IMG/VR virus record: IMGVR_UViG_3300048924_000100 | Coordinates: 1-64,000 of that record | Strand: one strand, 5' to 3' | DNA: 64,000 nt | In this document: positions 9,746 through 18,469 of the stretch, piece by piece | Layout: every line of letters starts with the position of its first letter | How positions within the stretch are numbered: position 1 is the stretch's first letter | Translations under genes and position numbers: made by a program | Notes under the pieces: model-generated | The model's database searches: none | The model's input: only the letters and a program-made list of their open reading frames with translations | What the model was told of the DNA's origin: nothing

Positions 9746-10384
9746 ATGGACAACTATAAAGACGGTGTTGTTTCGTTTGACCGTATTACAGTATTGGGGC
9801 GGGACTTTGTTACGGGTTCTTACAAGGATGACTTGGCGGTGTTCAACTACGCCTTTGATGTCAAACCGTTTGTGACCAGTAACAAAAAGAAAAAGAATGC
9901 CCCTGAGAAGTACACGTATCAGTGGGAAGGTTATTTCAACATGATGGTCAACAGTACCCGCATTCGTCTGCATCCTGTTAAGGACGACCACGGGCTGTTT
10001 GAGATGGAGAAGAAACTGGAGTTGGCGAGGGAGAAGATGGTTGCCTTCGTTAAGGAATGCAAAGAACGACGTAAGGTTAACGCGAAAGGTGACCGCTATG
10101 ACAAGCAGTGGCTCAATCGTCCTGAGACACCTTACTCCGGTTACGTGCATTCGACCATGTACAAGAACGGCAGCGGCAACCTTGCAGTAGCGGACTGTCA
10201 CAAGACGATCCACTGGTGGTTAGAAGCCTGGGAAGATGAGAAAGGCAAGACAGTTTACGACTCGACCTATGACCATACGTTGAAGTCTATTGACGACTTC
10301 GCTCGTGGGCTGGGTAAGGCTTGCAAGGCAATCCAAGAATTGCGCAAGTTCTTCTCAAGAGAGCTGGAAGCAGTCCCAAGCTAA
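9746..10384 (+). CDS. hypothetical basic protein (MDNYKDG...)
   Basis: GGGAGG RBS before ATG 9746. Confidence 0.75.
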   Translation: MDNYKDGVVSFDRITVLGRDFVTGSYKDDLAVFNYAFDVKPFVTSNKKKKNAPEKYTYQWEGYFNMMVNSTRIRLHPVKDDHGLFEMEKKLELAREKMVAFVKECKERRKVNAKGDRYDKQWLNRPETPYSGYVHSTMYKNGSGNLAVADCHKTIHWWLEAWEDEKGKTVYDSTYDHTLKSIDDFARGLGKACKAIQELRKFFSRELEAVPS

Positions 10385-10396
10385 AAGATTTAAAAC

Positions 10397-10405
10397 CTAC
10401 ATTAT
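10397..10405 (+). promoter_or_regulatory. putative early promoter upstream of chaperonin
   Basis: TTTAAAACCTACATTAT motif copy. Confidence 0.6.
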
Positions 10406-10455
10406 TACTGTGAATTACATTGTTTATATCGAAACCCAGCTATGGAGATTCACCC

Positions 10456-12153
10456 ATGTACATGCAACTCTCTAACAACGGTCATACTGACGCCACTCGT
10501 CGCAATACACAAGACATCGTCGAAGACGTAATGATGGATGTCCGCGACGCCGTTGTAGCCACCATGGGTCCAAACGGCAAACTCTCTGCTATCACCGTCG
10601 GTACTTCTGTGAAGGTAACCAAAGACGGCGTTACGGTTGCGAAGAGCCTGAAGTTTGTTAACCCGTTCGAAGAAGCGGTTAACCGCATCATTACTGAACC
10701 TGCTGTCAAAACCGACGTCGAGTGCGGTGACGGCACCACTACCACCATCCTGCTGACCTCCGAGCTGTATCGCCTGTACAGCCAGTTCCCTAACTATCGC
10801 GAACGCAAGTTCATCGACATGCTGGGTAACAAGATCATTGATCAACTCAGCCGTATGTCGATCACCGTAACCAACGACAGTCCAGAGCTGTACAATCTGG
10901 CCCTGACGTCCTCTAACGGCGACGAGGCGCTTGCTACGGTCATCACCAATATCTATCACGCTGCTGGTGATAAGTACCCTGAGATCGAGCTCAAGGAAGG
11001 CCTGGGTGGCGAGGACCAGATCGTCACTACAGACGGCCTGCTGATGAACCTGATCTACAGTAACCCATCGTTCAGCAAGAACGGTAACGGTACTGCGTCG
11101 GAGTTCACCGACTTCTACCCGATCGTTATCGACGACAACATCCGTAACGTTGATCCTCAGGTACTGGGGCCTATGCTCAAGCAACTGTTGGATCGTACTG
11201 AAGACAGCGCTGGAACGTTCCTGCTGATTGCTCGTTCTTTCGATAACGCTATCAACAGCATGATCCTGCAAATCAACAACCAGCTGAAGCGTCCAGCGTT
11301 TATCTGTGCACAGACCAACTTCGGCGGTTCCGTGGGTACCTTGCTGATGCAGGATCTCTCGGTGCAGTTGAATGCAAACATGGTCAAAGTGTTGTCTGAC
11401 ATCGTGTTCGCTGATTTGAACAAGTGCCAGGATCATCTGACCATCGGTTCGACGCGTTCTGTTTTCGTTCCGTCTATTCTGCCAACCATCGAGCGCATTG
11501 CTCGTCAGGTAGAGTCGATTGAACAGGAGCTTAACAGCTACGAACGTGGTGAGCGTTTCAGCATGCGTGCTCGTTTCAACGAGAAGCGTTTGCGTGATCT
11601 GAAGGGTGAGCTGGTTACCGTGTTTGTGGGTGGCGAAACTCAGTCTGAGATCAAGGAACGTATCGACCGTTTCGAAGACGTGTCGAAAGCAGTCAAGTCG
11701 GCGCTGGTTAACGGGATCCTGCCTGGTGTGGGGAGTGCTCTGGTAACCGCTGGTATGTTTGCTATCAGCGAACTGTCTGAGGAAGATGAAAAAGACCCAG
11801 TGTTCGCTCAGATCATTGAGGTCATGGAAGAAGTGGTATTCTCCCAGTACATCTTACTGATGGGCGACATGCTGGTACCCGTGGATATTCCTGTTACGAA
11901 AAGACTGGACGCCCTCCGTCGGGTTCGCAAGCAGATTGCTGGTAACGTAATGGATATGGATCACCCTAATCCAATTCCTGCGGTCAACCTGCGTGATAAC
12001 ACCCGAGGGTCTCCGCGTGAGCTGGGTATCTTCGACACGGCGTATGCTTCGATCACTGCATTGCGTGGTGGTATGGCGACTGCTAAAACCTTGGCCAGTC
12101 TCGATAGCATCTTGATCGGGGACAAACTGGCTGCGGTAAACGTTCAGTCTTAA
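10456..12153 (+). CDS. groEL: phage GroEL-like chaperonin (Cpn60)
   Basis: TMGPNG, VTKDGVTVAK, GDGTTTT, VGGETQSEIKERIDRFED and GILPGVG motifs; GGAG RBS before ATG 10456. Confidence 0.95.
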   Translation: MYMQLSNNGHTDATRRNTQDIVEDVMMDVRDAVVATMGPNGKLSAITVGTSVKVTKDGVTVAKSLKFVNPFEEAVNRIITEPAVKTDVECGDGTTTTILLTSELYRLYSQFPNYRERKFIDMLGNKIIDQLSRMSITVTNDSPELYNLALTSSNGDEALATVITNIYHAAGDKYPEIELKEGLGGEDQIVTTDGLLMNLIYSNPSFSKNGNGTASEFTDFYPIVIDDNIRNVDPQVLGPMLKQLLDRTEDSAGTFLLIARSFDNAINSMILQINNQLKRPAFICAQTNFGGSVGTLLMQDLSVQLNANMVKVLSDIVFADLNKCQDHLTIGSTRSVFVPSILPTIERIARQVESIEQELNSYERGERFSMRARFNEKRLRDLKGELVTVFVGGETQSEIKERIDRFEDVSKAVKSALVNGILPGVGSALVTAGMFAISELSEEDEKDPVFAQIIEVMEEVVFSQYILLMGDMLVPVDIPVTKRLDALRRVRKQIAGNVMDMDHPNPIPAVNLRDNTRGSPRELGIFDTAYASITALRGGMATAKTLASLDSILIGDKLAAVNVQS

Positions 12154-12212
12154 AGCGTAATAAATGAGGGGGAGCTTAGGCTCCCTTTTATTTTGTCTTT
12201 TGAGGAGCAATA

Positions 12213-12416
12213 ATGACACCACAAATGAGAATACTGTTTACCGGATCCAATGGACTCATCTTCTTTGGGTGGCTAATCTTTGGGATAATCATCAACGGGG
12301 AAGTACTATTAGGCAGTGTATTAGTGTTGTCGTTTTTCATCCTGGTACTTAGGACGAACTCGCAACTGGCCTTTATTGCCTCTATTGTTATCCCGGTTAT
12401 TTGTCGCCTTATCTGA
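12213..12416 (+). CDS. small membrane protein
   Basis: 67 aa, almost entirely hydrophobic, GAGGAG RBS. Confidence 0.65.
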   Translation: MTPQMRILFTGSNGLIFFGWLIFGIIINGEVLLGSVLVLSFFILVLRTNSQLAFIASIVIPVICRLI

Positions 12417-12485
12417 CCATAATGCCAGGAGATACTATGCCGGACGTCTTTACGTTAGGTTTATCTTTTCTCCAGGAGAACCACT

Positions 12486-13082
12486 ATGGCGGTTAAGACT
12501 CATATGGCGTTGTTCGTTGAACGTTTCATTAAGTTCAATAAGAGTCGCTATGCCAACGACCCAGCTTATCTTGCACTATTCGAAGGCCTGACTGAATCCG
12601 ATTTGCAGCTCGGTACTGTTAACGATCCAGGTGACGGTACCCGCAACATGATGATCGCTTCGCCCGGTCGGAACTTCCGCTGTGATCCACTGCAATCGTG
12701 GACACCGTCGGATGCTTCTAAGACCTTGGAGTTGTACACTCTGAGGAACACTACACCGCTGGCAGACATCAGCGAACTGGAAACACAGTCTGTTCCCGGT
12801 TTGTATTCTTACATGGATGGTGTCGACACTCTTGTGGGTGTTGTGATCAGCTTCAATGTCGCAGATGGCAGTGAAGCACCAGCTATTGCAGCTGTCGTTA
12901 CAGCAGGTTTGAAATACGCTATCCCGACCATCACCACTACTGATGGTGATACGTTCGTCCAACTCATCGGCTTTACCTACACCGGTAACTTGGAGTGGGT
13001 GAAAGGTGTGTCTGGGATTCGCGTGATTCCACCTACGGATTACGGCGTACTGGGCGTTGACCCAGATGCACCGATCGTTTAA
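12486..13082 (+). CDS. putative virion structural protein (paralog of 27954-28532)
   Basis: N-terminus LFVERFIKFNKSRYANDP resembles LFLDRFIAYNQDRYKDEP. Confidence 0.65.
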   Translation: MAVKTHMALFVERFIKFNKSRYANDPAYLALFEGLTESDLQLGTVNDPGDGTRNMMIASPGRNFRCDPLQSWTPSDASKTLELYTLRNTTPLADISELETQSVPGLYSYMDGVDTLVGVVISFNVADGSEAPAIAAVVTAGLKYAIPTITTTDGDTFVQLIGFTYTGNLEWVKGVSGIRVIPPTDYGVLGVDPDAPIV

Positions 13083-13106
13083 CCCATTGGGTTGAGCGGC
13101 TACAAG

Positions 13107-13150
13107 TAAAGCCTACCGTTGGGATTTTCCCGCGGTAGGCTTTATGGCTG
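13107..13150 (+). terminator. hairpin followed by TTTATGGCTG
   Basis: taaagcctaccg...cggtaggcttta inverted repeat. Confidence 0.7.
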
Positions 13151-13235
13151 ATACAGCCCAGTTAAAATTTAATATCACACTCACGACTATTATCTACACC
13201 CGATAAAAGGTCATCTGTATTAAGGAGTTTCATCC

Positions 13236-13808
13236 ATGACCGCACAACTAAAAGCTGCAATTACGGCAACGGCTGTAATGGACGAAGACGAGTACGCACT
13301 GGTGTGCCGTGCTTTGGACCCGTCATTTGTTGACCATTTCCATACCCTGGGGGTTATGAAAACCGTACTGCGTGAAATGGTGTATGGGATCGACCACCTG
13401 CGTGATCTGGTCGAGCATCCTGAATGCCCTGCCAATAAGACGCTGGTAACGGTTGACCTGGATCACTACAAACTGGAATCATTCTTCCTGTTTGAGCAAC
13501 TGTTCCGGGCCACTAACAACGAGACCTGGAAGATCAAGCTGCCCACTCCCGATGTTAAGAAATCTCTCACCGACTTCTTCGAGAGACGTTACATCGAAAC
13601 GTTCCACTTCATAATGGAGCGGTTGGGTCTTGAAGAGCTGGAGTTCATGGTGGACAAGATCAGGTTCTCGGTTGAGTTCAATGAACTGATTCCTGACAGC
13701 AAGCTGTTCATCTTCCACTTCACTAACCTGGATACAAAGGAAAGTGTAAACCTGCCGTTTGGACGTCGTCGTACACAACACTCCTTAAAGGTCAAACGAA
13801 ATGATTGA
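13236..13808 (+). CDS. hypothetical protein (paralog of 14066-14629)
   Basis: TAAGGAG RBS; blocks shared with the 14066 ORF. Confidence 0.8.
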   Translation: MTAQLKAAITATAVMDEDEYALVCRALDPSFVDHFHTLGVMKTVLREMVYGIDHLRDLVEHPECPANKTLVTVDLDHYKLESFFLFEQLFRATNNETWKIKLPTPDVKKSLTDFFERRYIETFHFIMERLGLEELEFMVDKIRFSVEFNELIPDSKLFIFHFTNLDTKESVNLPFGRRRTQHSLKVKRND

Positions 13809-13980
13809 TCCAAGAGACCTGACCGACAAAGATGATGATGACTGGATCGCTCGCATGGTTGAGGACCCTATTCGTAAACAACAACGTAAACGTCGCGACA
13901 AAACGTTTCTCCTGATCACTGGATTGTGCCTCATTGCTCTGGTAGTGGGTGCTGTGATCGGCTGGAAGTTTCCTATTTAA
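13801..13980 (+). CDS. 59-aa protein with C-terminal TM helix (not in ORF track)
   Basis: MIDPRDLTDKDDDDWIARMVEDPIRKQQRKRRDKTFLLITGLCLIALVVGAVIGWKFPI*; overlaps the upstream stop. Confidence 0.7.
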   Translation: MIDPRDLTDKDDDDWIARMVEDPIRKQQRKRRDKTFLLITGLCLIALVVGAVIGWKFPI

Positions 13981-13999
13981 GATAAGGCGCTGTTCAGAT

Positions 14000-14008
14000 C
14001 TATATTAC
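14000..14008 (+). promoter_or_regulatory. putative early promoter (CTATATTAC)
   Basis: Exact TATATTAC, intergenic. Confidence 0.7.
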
Positions 14009-14065
14009 CTAGGTGAATAACATAAGTTTCATTGGGGTCTTTCACGAAGTTAGAAGGGATAAGTT

Positions 14066-14629
14066 ATGAGTATAGCACTACTGAAGATGGAGGATTACAA
14101 TGGACTGAGATCTATTTCTACCCCTACGCTTGAAAGTAAACGTCTGGGGTATTTCAAGCGCATCTTGAACGTAGAGTTCGTGGACACCTTTCTGAAGTTC
14201 ATACCGGACGTCAGGAAGCTCCAGGAGTTTGTCTACGCGATCGACTGCTTGACAGAAATTAGCCGGAGCAGTTCATTTCCTTCTGGTCGCATGCTGCAAA
14301 GCGTCGACATCACTGAGAAGGCGGCGGTCAAGTTCAATGAGTTACGTTGGTTAACGCGTGATCAGTCTTTCTTGGGATGCCAAGTCAGTGCTGACACCGC
14401 TGAGTACATTGAAGAGTTTTTCAGTTACGAGTACCCACGCTTGTTCGGTGAGTTGTTTGATAAATCTCGCCTTCCATTCGCCACCTTCGCACTCGACGGT
14501 GTGTGGTACAACTTGACTTTCAACCGTAGCTTCAACAAACTAAGAACGCACTCTGCGATCAAGTTGATTAGCGCGGATCGAAGCAAGGAAGTGTATTTAC
14601 CTTTCCTTAGATCACGTACCGGGGTCTAA
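14066..14629 (+). CDS. hypothetical protein (paralog of 13236-13808)
   Basis: 187 aa; shared blocks. Confidence 0.75.
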   Translation: MSIALLKMEDYNGLRSISTPTLESKRLGYFKRILNVEFVDTFLKFIPDVRKLQEFVYAIDCLTEISRSSSFPSGRMLQSVDITEKAAVKFNELRWLTRDQSFLGCQVSADTAEYIEEFFSYEYPRLFGELFDKSRLPFATFALDGVWYNLTFNRSFNKLRTHSAIKLISADRSKEVYLPFLRSRTGV

Positions 14630-14634
14630 GCGCT

Positions 14635-14672
14635 TATTACCCTTACTAGCGACATTGCTAGTAAGGGTAATA
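14635..14672 (+). terminator. intrinsic terminator
   Basis: 16-bp perfect stem tattacccttactagc/gctagtaagggtaata followed by a T-rich tract. Confidence 0.8.
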
Positions 14673-14731
14673 TGTTTTCTTTTTTATACCGCTGTAACTT
14701 TGTAACGTACTACTAAAACAAGGAGTAACAC

Positions 14732-16231
14732 ATGTCATTACTAAATGCAAACGAAGCCACCTACATCAAACGGGCTCGTATGACATCTGCTTTCTTTCGC
14801 AAGATCGGGCAACCCGATGAGATGATAAACGTTATCGGCAGTTATGGGGATGCCGAGATCGCTGATACCTTTGCGCCTAAAGACGGGGCACCGGGTGAAG
14901 CGTACGTTGTTGGTAACGTGCTTTACATCTGGGATGCCGAACAGGGGTTCTGGATCTGTGGTGGTGAGATCGGGGATAAGTGGGAGCGTGTTCATCCTCA
15001 CAACATCCTCGAAGCCAATCGTCCTGGTCTCAAAGCTGACCTGCTCCATGAAGCTGAAATGAAGGCGTGGGTGCCAGCTGCTGACAGGACCGGTGTAGTC
15101 TGGTTCATCGATCATGTCTACACATGGGACGAGATGTATACGTGCTACAGGAAGGTCGGACCTATGGTAGACCTCAAGGGTAGCACTACTGACCCAGCCA
15201 AGGTAACCGACGACTTCTTGCACGAGCTCTACATGTCAGACGTACGGGCTAACTACCAGGGTACGTTTGAAGCGTGGAAGCTACAGAACCACGACATCAG
15301 TGGGTTGTTGAAAAAGGCTACTGGTACCGAGGGTCTTCCTTCTGCAATAGCACCAGTGCGCGAAACTGCTCTGACAAACGAGGAGATCCTGGCAAAGCAT
15401 TTCTCATTAGACGTCGGGGCTGGTTACGGCGGAACCTACGGGGAATGGTGCTCTCAGAATGGCGACCTCAATGCCGTTCTGCGTAGTGCGTCTGGTTACA
15501 CTGCACAGGACCCCGATCACCTGGAATACGTACGCCGTCTGGAAGAGCAACGTATGCGGATCCATCAACGGGACATATTGGCAGACGCCAAGGAACACCC
15601 ATCTCTGGATGACGTGTCTTCGTTGCTGGAAGGTGCTCTACAGAAGCTTGAGGGTGAAGAAAGTGATGCTGCTTTCAAAGCACTCGATGCCTTGAAGAAG
15701 GTAAAGGTCGATCTTCGTCGTAAGCGTCGTAACACCTGGCTGCGTTGGTTGCTCTTCTGGGCTATCGTGGGTGGTGCGGTTTACGGTCTGTATAAGTGGT
15801 TGCCCACCCAAGTGGTAAGCGGGCATTACACTGTGCCGAAGACTTGCTCCGTTCCTTTCGGCAACGGTTTGATTCAGGGTATGCGTTACTACAACTACTC
15901 TTACAAGTCGTTGTTCGGTGTTCACTTTACTCTGGAAAGCACTGTACGGGAAGAGACCGACGTTACCAAGAACGGTCAGGAGTTCACTATCTTTGGCTTG
16001 TCTCCTCGCAATGAGGCTGCAACCGAAGAAGAGATGGCACTGGCAGACAAGGCATTGAAGGCTGCCGAAGTGGAAGTGGAAGGTGCGCCTAAACCACCTA
16101 AAGGCAAATGGTGGCGTATAAACGTGTGGTCTAGTGACAAAGGTACTCAGTGGATGAAGCCAGCCGAGTTGTATCTGTTCGCCTCTGAGAAGTACACAAC
16201 CATGGTCGCTTATAAGGACTTCTGTAAATGA
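14732..16231 (+). CDS. single-pass membrane protein with tail-fibre-like N-terminal repeats
   Basis: RRKRR followed by TM WLRWLLFWAIVGGAVYGLYKWL; N-terminal motifs match repeats in the 23696-27943 fibre. Confidence 0.75.
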   Translation: MSLLNANEATYIKRARMTSAFFRKIGQPDEMINVIGSYGDAEIADTFAPKDGAPGEAYVVGNVLYIWDAEQGFWICGGEIGDKWERVHPHNILEANRPGLKADLLHEAEMKAWVPAADRTGVVWFIDHVYTWDEMYTCYRKVGPMVDLKGSTTDPAKVTDDFLHELYMSDVRANYQGTFEAWKLQNHDISGLLKKATGTEGLPSAIAPVRETALTNEEILAKHFSLDVGAGYGGTYGEWCSQNGDLNAVLRSASGYTAQDPDHLEYVRRLEEQRMRIHQRDILADAKEHPSLDDVSSLLEGALQKLEGEESDAAFKALDALKKVKVDLRRKRRNTWLRWLLFWAIVGGAVYGLYKWLPTQVVSGHYTVPKTCSVPFGNGLIQGMRYYNYSYKSLFGVHFTLESTVREETDVTKNGQEFTIFGLSPRNEAATEEEMALADKALKAAEVEVEGAPKPPKGKWWRINVWSSDKGTQWMKPAELYLFASEKYTTMVAYKDFCK

Positions 16232-16857
16232 AAAGTATCAAACATGTAAACGTGGGAACCGTGGGTCACATTGACCACGGTCGTGTGTTGCAGTACAGAG
16301 GACCGCGAGGGTACAAGCCAAATATGGCTGACATCTCGTGGAGTACACCGCACATAAAGGTTTACCACAATCCGTTCACACCGGAGTTCATCAACTGCTT
16401 CAACGGGTTGCTGTATGTAGCTGGTCGTGTTGTTCATGACATGGACATCTACGCAGAGGTAGAGACCCCTTCCGGGAGGGGTGCTCTTATCGACGGCCTT
16501 ACCATTCTCGACTACCCGGGTATCATCCACGACGAACCTCCACAGTTCATGAGGGGGAGCAAAGGTGGTATTCACGGCATCGGTAACCTCACCAGTAAGT
16601 CGTCCTTGCTATTGGATGAATTTATCGCGCAATCCGAGATCGGGTACCTCTCGAACCAAACAAAGTTAATTCGTCGAGAGGGTAACAAACAGCTACTCGT
16701 GGCTGACCGTAAGTCGATCATTCCTTCGCGGCGTGCAATCCAGTGGGCAATTGAAATGCGTAACTGGAAGGACAAGGATCTGTTCAAGCTGTTGGGTATG
16801 AAGCAATTCACTCCTGAGCAGTTGGCTGCACTGAGATGGGAACGTAAGGATGGCTAA
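16228..16857 (+). CDS. hypothetical protein with EF-Tu-like N-terminal peptide
   Basis: KHVNVGTVGHIDHGR; ATGA overlap with the upstream gene. Confidence 0.75.
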   Translation: MKSIKHVNVGTVGHIDHGRVLQYRGPRGYKPNMADISWSTPHIKVYHNPFTPEFINCFNGLLYVAGRVVHDMDIYAEVETPSGRGALIDGLTILDYPGIIHDEPPQFMRGSKGGIHGIGNLTSKSSLLLDEFIAQSEIGYLSNQTKLIRREGNKQLLVADRKSIIPSRRAIQWAIEMRNWKDKDLFKLLGMKQFTPEQLAALRWERKDG

Positions 16858-17041
16858 AGATTTAAAGCAAGAGATGGAACACAACATCGCCCTTTACAGG
16901 GAGTTTGGTCCTAAGCCTGGTGACTCCTTTGCGGTGTTAGCGGGTATAGGCACTGTTGTAATGCAATCCAAGACCTTGCCTTCTGGCTTGATCATTGAAC
17001 CTTTTGAAAACATGGAGAAAGAAAATGGGCGATCGTCCTAA
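16850..17041 (+). CDS. small hypothetical protein
   Basis: 63 aa, overlapping operonic arrangement. Confidence 0.55.
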   Translation: MAKDLKQEMEHNIALYREFGPKPGDSFAVLAGIGTVVMQSKTLPSGLIIEPFENMEKENGRSS

Positions 17042-17612
17042 CCCTAACAAGGGTCGCAGCATGGTTCCAGTTAACCACAAGCTGAAGTACACCGAAGAAG
17101 ACATGGTTAAGGCCATGGAGTTTGCCAAGCGTAATGCTCGCGGTAACCTGATGAAAGAACTCGGTCTTACCGAACTCAACTCCGGTATCGGTAGCACTCC
17201 GTCGTCTAACTGGTTTGCCAAGGGTGAGCAGGACGACTTCCCTGAGCTGGTTAATCAGGACCGTGCAAGTCTGTGTTTGGGCAAGCTGTCTGATGATGAG
17301 ATGGCGACTCTGGTCTTCATGCAGGGTGACGTTGATAAAGAAACCGACATGCGCCTGTCGATTGCCGCCATGCAGTCCGGTCAGCAGTACTACTCGAAGA
17401 TCGCCGCAGTAACGGGTGGTAAGGAACGCATCCGCTGGTTGTCGCGTCACCTGGAACTGTCTCTGCAACGTCAACGGACCCAACGTACCGCTATCTGGAA
17501 CTACATCATCGATACGTACGGTGAGTGTGGTGGCGAGGCTTCGATTCTTGAGGCCTGTGAGAAGTTGGGATTGTCTAAGGAATACGCCATGGCTCGTATG
17601 CACATCGCGTAA
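17025..17612 (+). CDS. hypothetical protein (MGDRPNPN...)
   Basis: GGAG RBS before ATG 17025; strong codon bias. Confidence 0.75.
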   Translation: MGDRPNPNKGRSMVPVNHKLKYTEEDMVKAMEFAKRNARGNLMKELGLTELNSGIGSTPSSNWFAKGEQDDFPELVNQDRASLCLGKLSDDEMATLVFMQGDVDKETDMRLSIAAMQSGQQYYSKIAAVTGGKERIRWLSRHLELSLQRQRTQRTAIWNYIIDTYGECGGEASILEACEKLGLSKEYAMARMHIA

Positions 17613-17625
17613 AACTGTAGGAGGA

Positions 17626-18156
17626 ATGATGGAACAAGTACCCAAGTCGGTAAAGAGTCGTTTGCTAGGACAGCTCCCACTTTACCACATTAGCTTTAAC
17701 GGCGCTCTGGAGGGTCTGTGGACGCCTGGGGAACAAGCAGGCTTCGATGTACCGGGTGAAGCTGAAGACAGCTCCTGGGCGTATCCTGAAGCGCCTATGA
17801 CAGCTATTTCAGTTGGCCCAACCGTGGAAGATTGTTTCCGTGGTGTTTTCCCTAATGTGGCTCATTTCTTTGAGAAGGATAAACTCCCCCACATTAACTT
17901 CTACGTTTATAGCCCGATGTTTGTGGGTGTTGAACGGGTAGTGCTTCCCAAGACGTTGACGGAAGACGGCTGGGTGTGGGATGCGCATGTGACGCATGAG
18001 TATCGGATTCTCGATCCAGTGCACATGAAGGTCGTGGGTGAGATTCAGGTGATGAACACTAACAGTTCGCCTCTCTTGAAAACTAACCCCTACAACAATT
18101 TGCACAACCCCAGGGAAAGTGTAGGGCCTGCGTCTATTCGCTGCAAGTGGGTGTAA
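17626..18156 (+). CDS. hypothetical protein, possible ADP-ribosyltransferase-like fold
   Basis: AGGAGG RBS; LYHIS...ISVGPTVEDC...FYVY...DAHVTHEY layout. Confidence 0.5.
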   Translation: MMEQVPKSVKSRLLGQLPLYHISFNGALEGLWTPGEQAGFDVPGEAEDSSWAYPEAPMTAISVGPTVEDCFRGVFPNVAHFFEKDKLPHINFYVYSPMFVGVERVVLPKTLTEDGWVWDAHVTHEYRILDPVHMKVVGEIQVMNTNSSPLLKTNPYNNLHNPRESVGPASIRCKWV

Positions 18157-18158
18157 AT

Positions 18159-18461
18159 ATGAACGGTCATGATTTTGTTCCACCCATCCTCGACAAGATT
18201 ACCAAGGCATTGGATGAAGCGTATCGCCTGGGTGGGACGAACAACTACAAGCTGCATCTGCAACAGACGCAAGAGGTTCTTTTCTCGCTGGCGCCTGAAC
18301 TGATCGCTCTGGTAGAGACCAAGCACGTTCTGGAGAACGTTGTTGCTCCTAACGAACCAGTCGTGCCTGGTGCTGAGCCAATGAAGCTGGTGTCGTTGGC
18401 TATTCAGATTTCGAACATCCGTAAAAGGAGGGTTACCCCTGATGAAAGAGAACAAGGATAA
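18159..18461 (+). CDS. hypothetical protein
   Basis: ATG just after the upstream stop. Confidence 0.7.
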   Translation: MNGHDFVPPILDKITKALDEAYRLGGTNNYKLHLQQTQEVLFSLAPELIALVETKHVLENVVAPNEPVVPGAEPMKLVSLAIQISNIRKRRVTPDEREQG

Positions 18462-18469
18462 ACACCAGG

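Noticed and set aside
12164-12416. GroES next to the chaperonin
   Set aside because: The adjacent ORFs are hydrophobic or basic and lack GroES motifs (PLxDRV, GGIxL).
16228-16857. Functional EF-Tu / GTPase gene
   Set aside because: Only 209 aa, the P-loop Lys-Thr is absent, and similarity is limited to about 14 residues.
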